DNA from: an uncultured cyanobacterium
GTDB lineage: Bacteria > Cyanobacteriota > Cyanobacteriia > Leptolyngbyales > Leptolyngbyaceae
NCBI GenBank assembly: GCA_963766075.1
Contig: CAVYAN010000046.1
Span: 1-27,578 of the forward strand
Direction: 5' to 3'
Length of the DNA: 27,578 bases
In this document: piece after piece, positions 1 through 9,237 of the stretch
Position numbering within the stretch: position 1 is the first letter of the stretch
How the letters are laid out: the number at the start of each line of letters is the position of its first letter
Translations under genes and position numbers: made by a program
Notes under the pieces: model-generated
Databases searched by the model: none
What the model saw: only the letters and a program-made list of their open reading frames with translations
Told to the model about the DNA's origin: nothing

Positions 1-86
1 CTCTCTCTTAACTAGATTCCCTAAATTTCTCTAAGATTATAGGAATCACCGAGGGCGGGAGTGGGTCTGACCACAGGTTTCAGTTT

Positions 87-142
87 GTTGAGCGGAGTCG
101 AAACGAACTACCGACCGCTCCCTTCGACTCCGCTCAGGGAGC
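87..142. repeat. Inverted pair of REP-like palindromic repeats (TGAGCGGAGTCGAA family)
   Basis: TGAGCGGAGTCGAA (89-102) is the exact reverse complement of TTCGACTCCGCTCA (123-136). The second copy sits in its own stem GCTCCCT...AGGGAGC (117-142). The same motif forms the array at 25754-26328. Confidence 0.85.
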
Positions 143-222
143 TATATCTTGATATTCTTTGATAGTGGCTTAGCTCAATTGATGACACTTGATTACCAAC
201 CGAAATCGCTAGGAGTGGGCGT

Positions 223-951
223 TTGAAGATTGCCCTTGAAAATATCCATAAATCCTACGGGCCGCGTACCGTCGTGAGCCGGGTGAGTCTTTCGGTGGCC
301 CAAGGTGAAGTCGTGGGACTCCTAGGACCCAATGGCGCGGGTAAAACGACCACGTTTTATATCGCCACTGGTTTGGAGCGTCCTAACGAAGGCCGGGTTT
401 GGCTGAACGATTTGGAAATTACGGCCCTGCCGATGCATCGACGGGCTCGCCTGGGGATTGGCTATTTAGCCCAGGAAGCCAGCATTTTCCGCAGTTTGAC
501 CGTGCGAGAAAATATTTTGCTGGTGATGGAACAAACCCAGGTTCCTCAGCGAGAATGGGGCGATCGCCTTGATCACCTCCTGCAAGAATTCCGCCTGGAA
601 AAAGTCGCCAACACCCTGGGCATTCGGATTTCTGGGGGCGAACGGCGGCGCACCGAACTGGCCCGCGCCTTAGCCTCGGGCCGCGATGGCCCCAAATTTT
701 TGCTGCTGGATGAGCCGTTTGCGGGGGTGGACCCCATCGCGGTGGCCGAAATTCAGCAAATTATCGCCCAACTCCGCGATCGCCAAATCGGCATTCTGAT
801 CACCGATCACAATGTGCGAGAAACCCTCGCTATCACCGATCGCGGCTACATCATGCGCGATGGCCAAATCTTTGCTTCTGGCAGCGCCGAAGAACTTTAC
901 AGTGATCCCCTGGTCAGGCAGTACTATCTAGGGGACAATTTCCAACCCTAG
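223..951 (+). CDS. lptB: LPS export ABC transporter ATP-binding protein LptB
   Basis: Walker A GPNGAGKTT, YLAQEASIFR Q-loop, ISGGERRR signature, LLLDEPFAGVDP and ITDHNVRET, all typical of LptB. TTG start. Confidence 0.93.
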   Translation: MKIALENIHKSYGPRTVVSRVSLSVAQGEVVGLLGPNGAGKTTTFYIATGLERPNEGRVWLNDLEITALPMHRRARLGIGYLAQEASIFRSLTVRENILLVMEQTQVPQREWGDRLDHLLQEFRLEKVANTLGIRISGGERRRTELARALASGRDGPKFLLLDEPFAGVDPIAVAEIQQIIAQLRDRQIGILITDHNVRETLAITDRGYIMRDGQIFASGSAEELYSDPLVRQYYLGDNFQP

Positions 952-956
952 CGCCC

Positions 957-2114
957 ATGTCCCAATCTCCTCGCCTGCATCTGCCCCGCTTCGGCATCTC
1001 CGTGATGGATCGCTACATCCTGACGGAGCTGATTATGCCGTTTTTGTTCGGGGTTGTGGCTTTTTCGTCCATTGGTGTGGCGATCGGTGTGTTGTTTGAC
1101 TTAGTGCGGCGGATTACCGAGTCGGGATTGCCCTTGGGGATCGCCGCCCAGATCTTTTTCCTCAAGCTGCCTTACTTTGTCAGTTTGGCGCTGCCGCTTT
1201 CGATGCTGCTGGCCTGTCTGATGGTGTATGGGCGACTGGCGGGCGATAGTGAACTGATTGCCCTGCGCAGTTGTGGCGTGAGTATTTATCGACTGATTGT
1301 GCCAGCGCTGGCGATGAGTTTGGTCCTCACGGGACTCACCTTTGCCTTTAATGAGGCCATCGTGCCTGCGGCCAATCGGCAGGCCAACCAAATTATGGAT
1401 CGCGCCCTGAACCAGAAGGAACCGTCCTTTCGAGAAAAGGATATTGTTTATCAGGAATTTCGGGATCAGACATTGCCCAATGGCAATCGCGAACGGCTCC
1501 TCTCCCGCATGTTCTATGCCCGCCAATTCGACGGCAAAAAAATGAAGGGTCTAACGATCCTAGACTTTTCCCAAACCGGCCTGAATCAAATCATCGTGGC
1601 GGAGTCGGCCCTGTGGAACACCGACGAAAAAACCTGGGACTTTCGCAACGGCACCATTTACGTGATTGCGCCGGATGGCTCCTATCGCAACATTGTCCGG
1701 TTCGATAATCAGAAATTGCAGTTGCCACGCACGCCGCTAGACATTGCCGAAACTAACCTAGACCCCATGGAGATGAACATTGCTCAGATTCGCGAGTATC
1801 TGGCTTTGGTGGGCCAGACTGGGGATGAGAAAACGGTGCGACGGCTGAAACTGCGCATCGATCAGAAAATTGCCTTTCCCTTTGCCTGTCTGATGTTTGG
1901 ACTAGTGGGGGCGGCCCTCGGCACCCGTCCGCAGCGCACCAGCCGAGCAGCAGGCTTTGGGCTGAGTTTGGTGCTGATTGTTTCCTATCACCTATTTGTG
2001 GGCATCTGCGAAGCCTTCTACGGGTTTGGGATTTTGTCCGCGTTTTTTGCCGGCTGGATGCCCGTGCTATTGGGGCTAGTGGCGGGGTTACTGATCCTGT
2101 TTGGTCGTCAGTAG
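957..2114 (+). CDS. LptF/LptG family LPS export permease
   Basis: MDRYILTELIMPFLFG N-terminus, GRLAGDSELIALRSCGVS motif, several TM segments around a periplasmic domain, 5 bp downstream of lptB. Confidence 0.9.
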   Translation: MSQSPRLHLPRFGISVMDRYILTELIMPFLFGVVAFSSIGVAIGVLFDLVRRITESGLPLGIAAQIFFLKLPYFVSLALPLSMLLACLMVYGRLAGDSELIALRSCGVSIYRLIVPALAMSLVLTGLTFAFNEAIVPAANRQANQIMDRALNQKEPSFREKDIVYQEFRDQTLPNGNRERLLSRMFYARQFDGKKMKGLTILDFSQTGLNQIIVAESALWNTDEKTWDFRNGTIYVIAPDGSYRNIVRFDNQKLQLPRTPLDIAETNLDPMEMNIAQIREYLALVGQTGDEKTVRRLKLRIDQKIAFPFACLMFGLVGAALGTRPQRTSRAAGFGLSLVLIVSYHLFVGICEAFYGFGILSAFFAGWMPVLLGLVAGLLILFGRQ

Positions 2115-2168
2115 CCCGCCACTAGCTCGCTCCTCACTAAGTGATGATCCGAGTGATCTGAATCTGCC

Positions 2169-3591
2169 TTAGAAATGCCGGATGATTGCTTCGGCGAATT
2201 CCGAACACTTCAAGGGTTCCACGGGCGGTTCCATCATCCGGGCCAGGTCGTAGGTAACTTCGCCATTGGCGATCGCCGCCCCTAATTCCCTGCTTAATCA
2301 AATCCGCCGCTTCTTGCCAGCCCATATATTCCAGCATCATCACGCCGGATAGAATCACCGAACCGGGATTCACCCGATCCAACCCGGCATGCTTGGGAGC
2401 CGTGCCGTGGGTGGCCTCAAACACAGCGCAGGCATCGCCAATATTGGCTCCCGGCCCCATGCCCAGACCGCCGACGATCGCCGCCGCCGCATCCGACAGA
2501 TAATCCCCATTCAGATTCATCGTCGCCAAAATCGAGTACTCATCGGGCCGGGTTTGAATCTGTTGGAAAATGCTGTCAGCAATGCGATCGTTGACCATAA
2601 TTTTGGTCTTCCACTGGCCGTTGCCGTGGCTTTCGCCAATCGCCTCCAGCACCGATTTCACCTCCGCACAGATTACGGCCTGCTTCTCCGGCGTCAAATT
2701 ATCGAAGCCGGGATCGATCTGACGGGCATTATCCTCTAGGGAAAGATCCGGCTTCTTCGCTTGGTTGTCCAGGATCCACGATTCCCGTTCCGTCACACAC
2801 ACATCCCGAAACTCCGTGGTCACCAACTCATAGCCCCAGTCACGAAAGGCCCCTTCCGTGTACTTCATAATGTTGCCCTTGTGGACCAGGGTCACCATTT
2901 GCTTCTCCGGCGGTAGCAGCAGGGCGTGTTTCATGGCCCGCCGCACCAACCGCTGCGATCCCTTTTTACTGATGGGTTTAATGCCAATGCCCGCGTCCAG
3001 GGGAATTTGCTTTTTGCCGTGTTCCGGCGTCGAAGGAATCAAATCTTCGTTGAGGAATTTGATCAGGCGATCGCCCGCTTCACTGCCCTGCTTCCATTCA
3101 ATCCCCAGGTAAATATCCTCAGTATTCTCCCGATAGATAATGACATCCAGCTTCTCTGGGGTGCGGTGGGGCGACGGTGTCCCCGCATAGTAGCGACAGG
3201 GGCGCACACAGGCATACAGGTCAAAAATTTGCCGCAGCGCCACGTTCAAGGAGCGGATACCGCCGCCAATCGGCGTCGTCAGCGGCCCTTTAATCGCCAC
3301 ACCATACTCGCGGATGGCCGTTAAAGAATCCTCCGGCAGATATTGGTAGGTGCCATAGAGATCACAGGCTTCATCGCCGACATAAATTTTGAACCAGGTA
3401 ATCTGCCGGGTGCCGCCATAGGCTTTTTCTACTGCCGCATCAAAAACGCGCTGTGCCGCTGGCCACAGGTCAATGCCCGTGCCATCCCCCCGGATAAACG
3501 GAATGATCGGATTGGGCGGGACAATGGGCTCGCCGTTCTGAAAGGTGATTTTTTCACCGGTAGTCGGGGGTGTGATTTTTTCGTAGGTCAT
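2169..3591 (-). CDS. icd: NADP-dependent isocitrate dehydrogenase (apparent +1 frameshift at ~2286)
   Basis: [40 protein letters not shown] and FEATHGTAP motifs. Removing one base at 2286-2287 restores the expected C-terminus ([41 protein letters not shown] at 2169-2171). Start taken at MTYEK (3591). Confidence 0.95.
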
Positions 3592-3639
3592 GTCAAGCGT
3601 GCTCCGATGGTAGTCAATCACAGGGGGTCAATCGCAGCT

Positions 3640-3682
3640 AGAATATCGCAGTTTCTGCCCCCCGATGTACTCTATCGCTACA
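3640..3682 (-). promoter_or_regulatory. Candidate NtcA-like site plus -10 box upstream of icd
   Basis: Minus strand reads TGTAGCGATAGAGTACA (GTA-N9-TAC), then 21 nt after TAC comes TATTCT. The GTA-to--10 distance matches canonical GTA-N8-TAC-N22-TAN3T, but the internal spacing is off by one. Confidence 0.35.
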
Positions 3683-3844
3683 GTCGCCACGATCTTTTAG
3701 AAAAAACTCGCATAGAAATCTCTGGAAAAGTTTTAAACCAGATTCAACAGTAAAGGGTTCCGGTGAGCCACAGAACCCTAGAATGATAGGGACAGAGGCA
3801 AATTTTTCCCTCTCAGGCCGGCAATTCACGGGTATACCCTCCAG

Positions 3845-4519
3845 ATGGAAAGAATTCTCATTGTGGATGATGATGGTACCTTGCGCATGGCACTCAGCCG
3901 CTACCTGGAGAAGCGTGGCTATGATGTGCAAAGTGCAGCATCGGGAACCGAGGCATTGACTGCTTTTGAGCAGGACCCTCCAGATTTGGTGGTTTCCGAC
4001 GTGATGATGCCAGAAATGGATGGCTTCGAGTTTTGTCGCCGTCTACGGGCGAGTCGCTCTGGACAATTGGTCCCGTTTATTTTTCTATCCAGTAAAGGTG
4101 AGGTGGAGGATCGGGTGCATGGGCATGCGATTGGGGCCGACGATTACGTGGCCAAGCCGTTTGAACCCCGAGAACTGCTGGCTAAAATTGAAGCCCAACT
4201 GGAGCGATCGCGGCGTATCCACCGGGAAATTGTCCGGTTAATTCAAACCACTACGGCGGCGGCCAAAGCTCCCCATCCCGCCCCCGCCCCGTTGCCGCTC
4301 ACCCCTGCCGAAGAAAAAGTGTTCTGGGAGGTGATTCAGGGCTACACCAACAAGCAAATCGGCGATCGCCTATTTGTCAGCCCTCGCACGGTCCAAACCC
4401 ACCTGAGCAATATTCTCAGCAAGCTCAGCTTGGAAAATCGCGCTCAGCTCGTCCGCTTTGCGTTTGAGGGAGGACATAAACCGCCAACCGATTCCGGTCG
4501 CGCTGAGGGGCGAGGATAG
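3845..4519 (+). CDS. NarL/LuxR-family DNA-binding response regulator
   Basis: Receiver domain (ILIVDDD, SDVMMP, GADDYVAKPF) and a C-terminal LuxR HTH (LTPAEEKV...TNKQIGDRLFVSPRTVQTHLSNILSKL). Confidence 0.92.
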   Translation: MERILIVDDDGTLRMALSRYLEKRGYDVQSAASGTEALTAFEQDPPDLVVSDVMMPEMDGFEFCRRLRASRSGQLVPFIFLSSKGEVEDRVHGHAIGADDYVAKPFEPRELLAKIEAQLERSRRIHREIVRLIQTTTAAAKAPHPAPAPLPLTPAEEKVFWEVIQGYTNKQIGDRLFVSPRTVQTHLSNILSKLSLENRAQLVRFAFEGGHKPPTDSGRAEGRG

Positions 4520-4577
4520 ACCCTCAGATTACCACCCCCTGCACGATGTCGCCCTTCTTCCCTGTACTGTTGCCTTT

Positions 4578-5084
4578 ATGCCCGACGGAATTTACACTCT
4601 CGCCGACTTGCAAACTGCGATCGCCACCGCTCCCGACCATTGGCGGCCCTTGGTTTTTACCAATGGGTGTTTTGACCTACTCCACGCGGGTCATGTACGG
4701 TATTTAAAGGCCGCTAGAAATTTGGGGCGATCGCTGGTGGTGGGCTTGAATAGCGATTGTTCGGTCCAGGCGATCAAACCGCAGGCCCCAGGGTTGCCAC
4801 TCCGACCCATTGTGCCGGACGGACAACGGGCGGAAGTGTTAGCCGCCCTGAGATCTGTCGATGGAGTCGTAATGTTTGATCAACCGACAGCTAGCCATTT
4901 GGTGGCAGCGCTCCAGCCTGATATTTACGCCAAAGGCGGTGATTATCAGATTGATACGCTGCCCGAAGCGCCCCTCGTGCAAGCCTATGGCGGGAAAATT
5001 GCCCTGATTCAGATTGAAGTGCCCAGTTCTACTAGTGCAATCATCGCCCGCATCCTGAACCCTCCGTCTCTGGGCCACGATTAA
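4578..5084 (+). CDS. RfaE domain II-like adenylyl/cytidylyltransferase (ADP-heptose synthase family)
   Basis: FTNGCFDLLHAGHVRYL (HxGH), VVGLNSD and YAKGGDY motifs. Start moved to the ATG at 4578 to avoid overlap with the regulator. Confidence 0.88.
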   Translation: MPDGIYTLADLQTAIATAPDHWRPLVFTNGCFDLLHAGHVRYLKAARNLGRSLVVGLNSDCSVQAIKPQAPGLPLRPIVPDGQRAEVLAALRSVDGVVMFDQPTASHLVAALQPDIYAKGGDYQIDTLPEAPLVQAYGGKIALIQIEVPSSTSAIIARILNPPSLGHD

Positions 5085-5172
5085 CCTAAATGATCTCAGT
5101 CTTTGTCTCCCGCCTTTGTCTTCCGCCTTTTCAGGTGATTCCATCAGCCGACGATTTTTAATTTTCTGAATA

Positions 5173-5973
5173 ATGAATACTTTACAGCCAGAAATGAGCA
5201 GTTCTACCACTCCCCTACCGCCCACCCCTAGTGCGGAAACGGTTGATGCCGCAACAGCTCTGTATCTCAAACTCCAGGCGGCTTCAGAGAAGACCCAATT
5301 GGCAGTGGTGCAGGACCTATCTGAGGCTGGAGACGCGGGGCGGATTGCCCTCATGCAGTATTTACTGGAGCATAAAGGCCACCTGCTGGAGCCAGATCCG
5401 GCGATCGCCCTGCCAAAGGAAGTCTCCAGAATTGTGGCGGGCAAAGCCTACCAAATGCTCTTCCACTCACCGGATCCGCAAGCTGTGGAATTTTTGACCA
5501 CCCACTTCCCCCGGGGCGTAGTGCCGCTGCGATCGGCTGTGGGCGTGGATTATTCCCGACTCCAGGAACTCCTGGTCAAACGGGAATTTCAACAGGCGGA
5601 CAAGCTCAATAACGAAAAACTCTGCGAATTGGCCGGGGCGATCGCCGTGCAGCGCAAATGGATCTACTTCACCGATGTGGATCGCTTTCCCGTGACCGAC
5701 CTACAGACGATGAACGCCCTGTGGCTGGCCTACTCCGAGGGGAAGTTCGGCTACTCCGTTCAGAGAGAAATATGGCTGGGTACCAACAAAAATTGGGAAA
5801 AATTTTGGGCCAAAATTAACTGGAAGCACGGTAACGTTTGGACCCGCTATCCCCAGGAGTTTACGTGGGATCTGTCGGCTCCTCGGGGGCATTTACCCTT
5901 GTCAAATCAACTGCGAGGGGTACGGGTCATTACGGCACTGTTCGCCCATCCGGCCTGGATCAAGCAGTCCTGA
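5173..5973 (+). CDS. gun4: GUN4 porphyrin-binding Mg-chelatase activator (Ycf53)
   Basis: WLAYSEGKFGYSVQREIW and WTRYPQEFTWDLSAPRGHLPLSNQLRG GUN4 core, with an N-terminal helical domain. Confidence 0.9.
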   Translation: MNTLQPEMSSSTTPLPPTPSAETVDAATALYLKLQAASEKTQLAVVQDLSEAGDAGRIALMQYLLEHKGHLLEPDPAIALPKEVSRIVAGKAYQMLFHSPDPQAVEFLTTHFPRGVVPLRSAVGVDYSRLQELLVKREFQQADKLNNEKLCELAGAIAVQRKWIYFTDVDRFPVTDLQTMNALWLAYSEGKFGYSVQREIWLGTNKNWEKFWAKINWKHGNVWTRYPQEFTWDLSAPRGHLPLSNQLRGVRVITALFAHPAWIKQS

Positions 5974-6390
5974 CAGACTTGGCCATTTGCTGGCCATTTG
6001 AGATTCGCCGCAGTACTTTGAGAATTCTGCCGCAATCATTTGCCAGTTATACGGCGGTAACTCTAGTTATTTGACGGTGACCCCAGTTATTTGACTGTAA
6101 CTCTGGAGTGCCGGTAGCGCTGTAGTGCTACTGGACAGCAGTGCTATTGGACACAGGTATTTCCCTCCAAAGTTGTCTTTCCTAGAACCCATCTCACAGA
6201 AACACCCAGCAGATAAGGATCCTGCTTCTCCGTAATCCTTCTCATAGAAGGAAAAAAGCGTGCGGAAATTCAGTAGTCCTCCGGACTTGGCGGGCGTTCC
6301 AAGCCTCTAAACCCAGGGCATGCTTTGTATAGTTTAAAGCCCTGATAAACCGCAGGGACTATGGATAATGCACGGGGGATACGGGGCGGC

Positions 6391-7911
6391 ATGATAAATC
6401 CTGACAATAGGCTATTTTGCCGATTAGACGGCTTGTCCACGACAATACGTGAGCAACAGCGATCGCAATCTATGCGAGATCTGGGCCTGCTTGAATCGGA
6501 CAGTATTCCAGCCTTTGAGGAAGCCACCCAAGTGGCAACTCACTTTCTGGACATCCCGATCGGTCTTTTGGGGCTGATGACGGAGCACGAGCAAAAATTA
6601 AAATCGGCGGTGGGCTTATCCCGCCTCGGACCCATGAGCCCATTGGCCACAGCGCGCCAATTGCCACGGTTAGAGTCCTTTTGCACCCATGTGGTGGACA
6701 GCCATCAAATCTTGGTGGTGCCAGATACCTTTAGCCATCCTGCATTTGAGACCAGTGTCCTCACCCATCAGTACGGCATCCGTGCCTACCTCGGTGTCCC
6801 CATGATCGCCTCTAATGGATGCTGTGTCGGCACGTTGGCAGTTATGGACCAAAAACCGCGTGAGTTTACTGCCCGAGATGTGGAGTTTTTGCAATTGACT
6901 GCCCGCTGGAGCATGAGCGAATTTGAGCGTCAACACGCCAGTAAGTCTGTACCCAGCTCCTCGTCAGTGCCGTCGGTTGTTGCCCCCGCAGATCCCTGTT
7001 CCCTTCCCCTTGCCCATCAGATCAAGCTGGAACTGCTAGCACAACTGACGCAGGAACTCCGCACGCCCTTGACTTCTGTCATGGGCATGGCGAGTGTGCT
7101 GATGCGAGAAATTTATGGGCCTTTGACGGGCAAGCAAAAGGAGTATCTAGACATCATTCACAACAGTGGGCAATATTTATTGTCACTGGTCAATGAAATT
7201 CTGGAACTGGCTGCCCTGAAGGAGAGTAATGACTACGAGTTGCAGCTCACTTCGGTTGATATTGAAATGCTGAGCCAGCAGGCTATCAGTTCCCTGGAAT
7301 TGGCCGCCAACCGTCGCGATCAAAAGATTCGTCTATCCGTGGAGCCGGGGCATCGCATTTGGTTGCTGGATCGGGAAAAAGTTCGGCAAATGCTGTACCA
7401 CCTGATTTTTAGTGTGATTCAGTCCTCCAATTCGGGGAGTACGGTGCGGCTGCACATTTCGCGGAAGAATCGGAATTTGAACATTGCCGCGTGGGTGTCC
7501 CATCCCTGGTTAGGGGAGGGATTATCCTACACATCTTGCCATCTCCAAGCCTCTCTGATGGCTGCCAGTGCGAATCATTCTGACTCGGAGTGGGATGACA
7601 CCTATTCGCTGGGTGAGGCTGTTCAGGGCGGGGCGAGATCTCTGGATGGAGACGTGGCCCAGGCGGGCGATCGCTTAGTCCCCTCGGAAAAATCCCTAGG
7701 CTTACAGGAGAAAACCTGTAGCGATTTAGGGTTGCTGCTCTGCCAACAATTGGCTGAGGTGCACGGCGGTCAATTGACGATTCAAAATGCTTCAGAGGCA
7801 GGCTATCGCTATGTTGTGGTGTTGCCCCGATTAACTGGAAGCAGCCAGCCCGGAGGCGGCCAGTCTGGAGAGGAGCAGGTTTCCCTCCTTGCTGGAAAAT
7901 CTGCTCCCTAA
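6391..7911 (+). CDS. GAF-domain histidine kinase-like protein with degenerate catalytic motifs (probable pseudokinase)
   Basis: GAF domain (FCTHVV...GIRAYLGVPM...VGTLAVMDQKPREF), HisKA-like TQELRTPLTSVMG and a HATPase-like tail LGLLLCQQLAEVHGG. Start could be 6361 or 6391. Confidence 0.85.
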   Translation: MINPDNRLFCRLDGLSTTIREQQRSQSMRDLGLLESDSIPAFEEATQVATHFLDIPIGLLGLMTEHEQKLKSAVGLSRLGPMSPLATARQLPRLESFCTHVVDSHQILVVPDTFSHPAFETSVLTHQYGIRAYLGVPMIASNGCCVGTLAVMDQKPREFTARDVEFLQLTARWSMSEFERQHASKSVPSSSSVPSVVAPADPCSLPLAHQIKLELLAQLTQELRTPLTSVMGMASVLMREIYGPLTGKQKEYLDIIHNSGQYLLSLVNEILELAALKESNDYELQLTSVDIEMLSQQAISSLELAANRRDQKIRLSVEPGHRIWLLDREKVRQMLYHLIFSVIQSSNSGSTVRLHISRKNRNLNIAAWVSHPWLGEGLSYTSCHLQASLMAASANHSDSEWDDTYSLGEAVQGGARSLDGDVAQAGDRLVPSEKSLGLQEKTCSDLGLLLCQQLAEVHGGQLTIQNASEAGYRYVVVLPRLTGSSQPGGGQSGEEQVSLLAGKSAP

Positions 7912-8222
7912 TGAATGGTGACGCAAATAGATGTGACGCATTGAATGAGGCTTGACCCCATGCCTAGGGGTGCCTCGATGAGACGGGACTCAATTGCTGG
8001 GGGGCAGGTGAATCAGAATTAATCTGGATTGACCCGGTTGATCCGGATTGGTAACCGATCTGCGTGATTTCAAGGGGGTAGCGTGATTTCAGCGATCTTG
8101 GCTGGGGCAATTCTAAGTTCCAGCCGTGTGGTCTAAATGTTGTATGGATTGGTCTGGGGGATTGGCCTATATATTGGACTATATTATGAGTACGAGTTAG
8201 TACAAACGTCTGATTTTTCCCT

Positions 8223-8741
8223 ATGGTTCAATATACGCTGCCACAAAGTCCCGAAGTAATCCTGACCGTCCCCGGCAAGGATTCGGCCAAAGCCCGTGAA
8301 AAGGCAATGGATGAGCTAATGGACATGATGGATGCCGGAAGCCTGTCCACCGATTTGGCCGATGGCTTTGGGCCGCAAAATTTTATAGAGGTGAAGGAAC
8401 AGCCCTCTCTAGTGACAGAGGCCGAAGACTCGATTACTCAAGCCGTCCAGGTTCTAAGCAATTTAGCGACGTTGAAGTTGAAGGCGCAGGAGTCGCGCGC
8501 AGAGGCGATGCATGTACGGGCTCAGCTCGATGTTTTATTCGTGGATGAAGTTGTGAGTGAGGCGGATGTGGCGGCGCTGAAGGAGGGTTTTAAAGTCCTG
8601 AAGAGTTATGCCCAGACGAATTTACGCTATCGAGAGGCAAGAACCCAAGCGGAACAGGCTCGGGCAATTTTGGATCGGGCGTTGCGATCACCTGAAGGAA
8701 AAGCCTCCGAAACGGACCCAAAATCTGGTAAGAAGGGATGA
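8223..8741 (+). CDS. Hypothetical protein (helical, cyanobacterial-type)
   Basis: 172-aa ORF with normal composition. Its stop overlaps the next start (ATGA at 8738-8741). Confidence 0.8.
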   Translation: MVQYTLPQSPEVILTVPGKDSAKAREKAMDELMDMMDAGSLSTDLADGFGPQNFIEVKEQPSLVTEAEDSITQAVQVLSNLATLKLKAQESRAEAMHVRAQLDVLFVDEVVSEADVAALKEGFKVLKSYAQTNLRYREARTQAEQARAILDRALRSPEGKASETDPKSGKKG

Positions 8742-9235
8742 GGAACGTGACACTTGATGAGAGCAGGCGTAACCTGCTGAAGCTCTTGGGTCTGCTCTTT
8801 CCCACTGTTCTGTACCTAAGCGTCTACCCCATGTTCAAATTTTCCGGAACTCGCCCCACCAATATTGGCGTTAAAGATTTGAAGCTAACCCCCTGCCCCG
8901 GTTCGCCTAACTGTGTGTGCACAACGGATACGGATGCCGAGCATGGGATTGCTCCCCTGACCTACAGTTTTAGTCGCGATGCCGCGATGGCAGCCCTGAA
9001 AGGAGTCATTCAAGGGATGGAGCGCACGGCGATTGTTGTGGAAAGTGCTGATTATCTCCATGCAGAGTTTACGAGCAGGCTGATGGGTTACGTTGATGAT
9101 GTGGAGTTTTACTTTAGCCCCCAGGGGCAGGAAATTCAGGTGCGATCGGCCTCGCGGCTGGGCAAATCCGATTTGGGCGTGAATCGCAAGCGGGTGGAGG
9201 AAATTCGCCAAAAATTTGCAGCGATGAGTGTTTAA
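8738..9235 (+). CDS. DUF1499 domain protein
   Basis: LTPCPGSPNCVC, GYVDDVEF and VRSASRLGKSDLGVNRKR motifs. Alternative start ATG at 8831. Confidence 0.85.
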   Translation: MRNVTLDESRRNLLKLLGLLFPTVLYLSVYPMFKFSGTRPTNIGVKDLKLTPCPGSPNCVCTTDTDAEHGIAPLTYSFSRDAAMAALKGVIQGMERTAIVVESADYLHAEFTSRLMGYVDDVEFYFSPQGQEIQVRSASRLGKSDLGVNRKRVEEIRQKFAAMSV

Positions 9236-9237
9236 TG

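Noticed and set aside
2137..2285. Novel C-terminal extension of Icd in the ORF track
   Set aside because: It is the out-of-frame product of the indel. The normal C-terminus is present in the adjacent frame.
3845..4519. Naming the regulator Rre1/Ycf29
   Set aside because: Same family architecture, but the HTH sequence does not match my recollection of Rre1, so no symbol is assigned.
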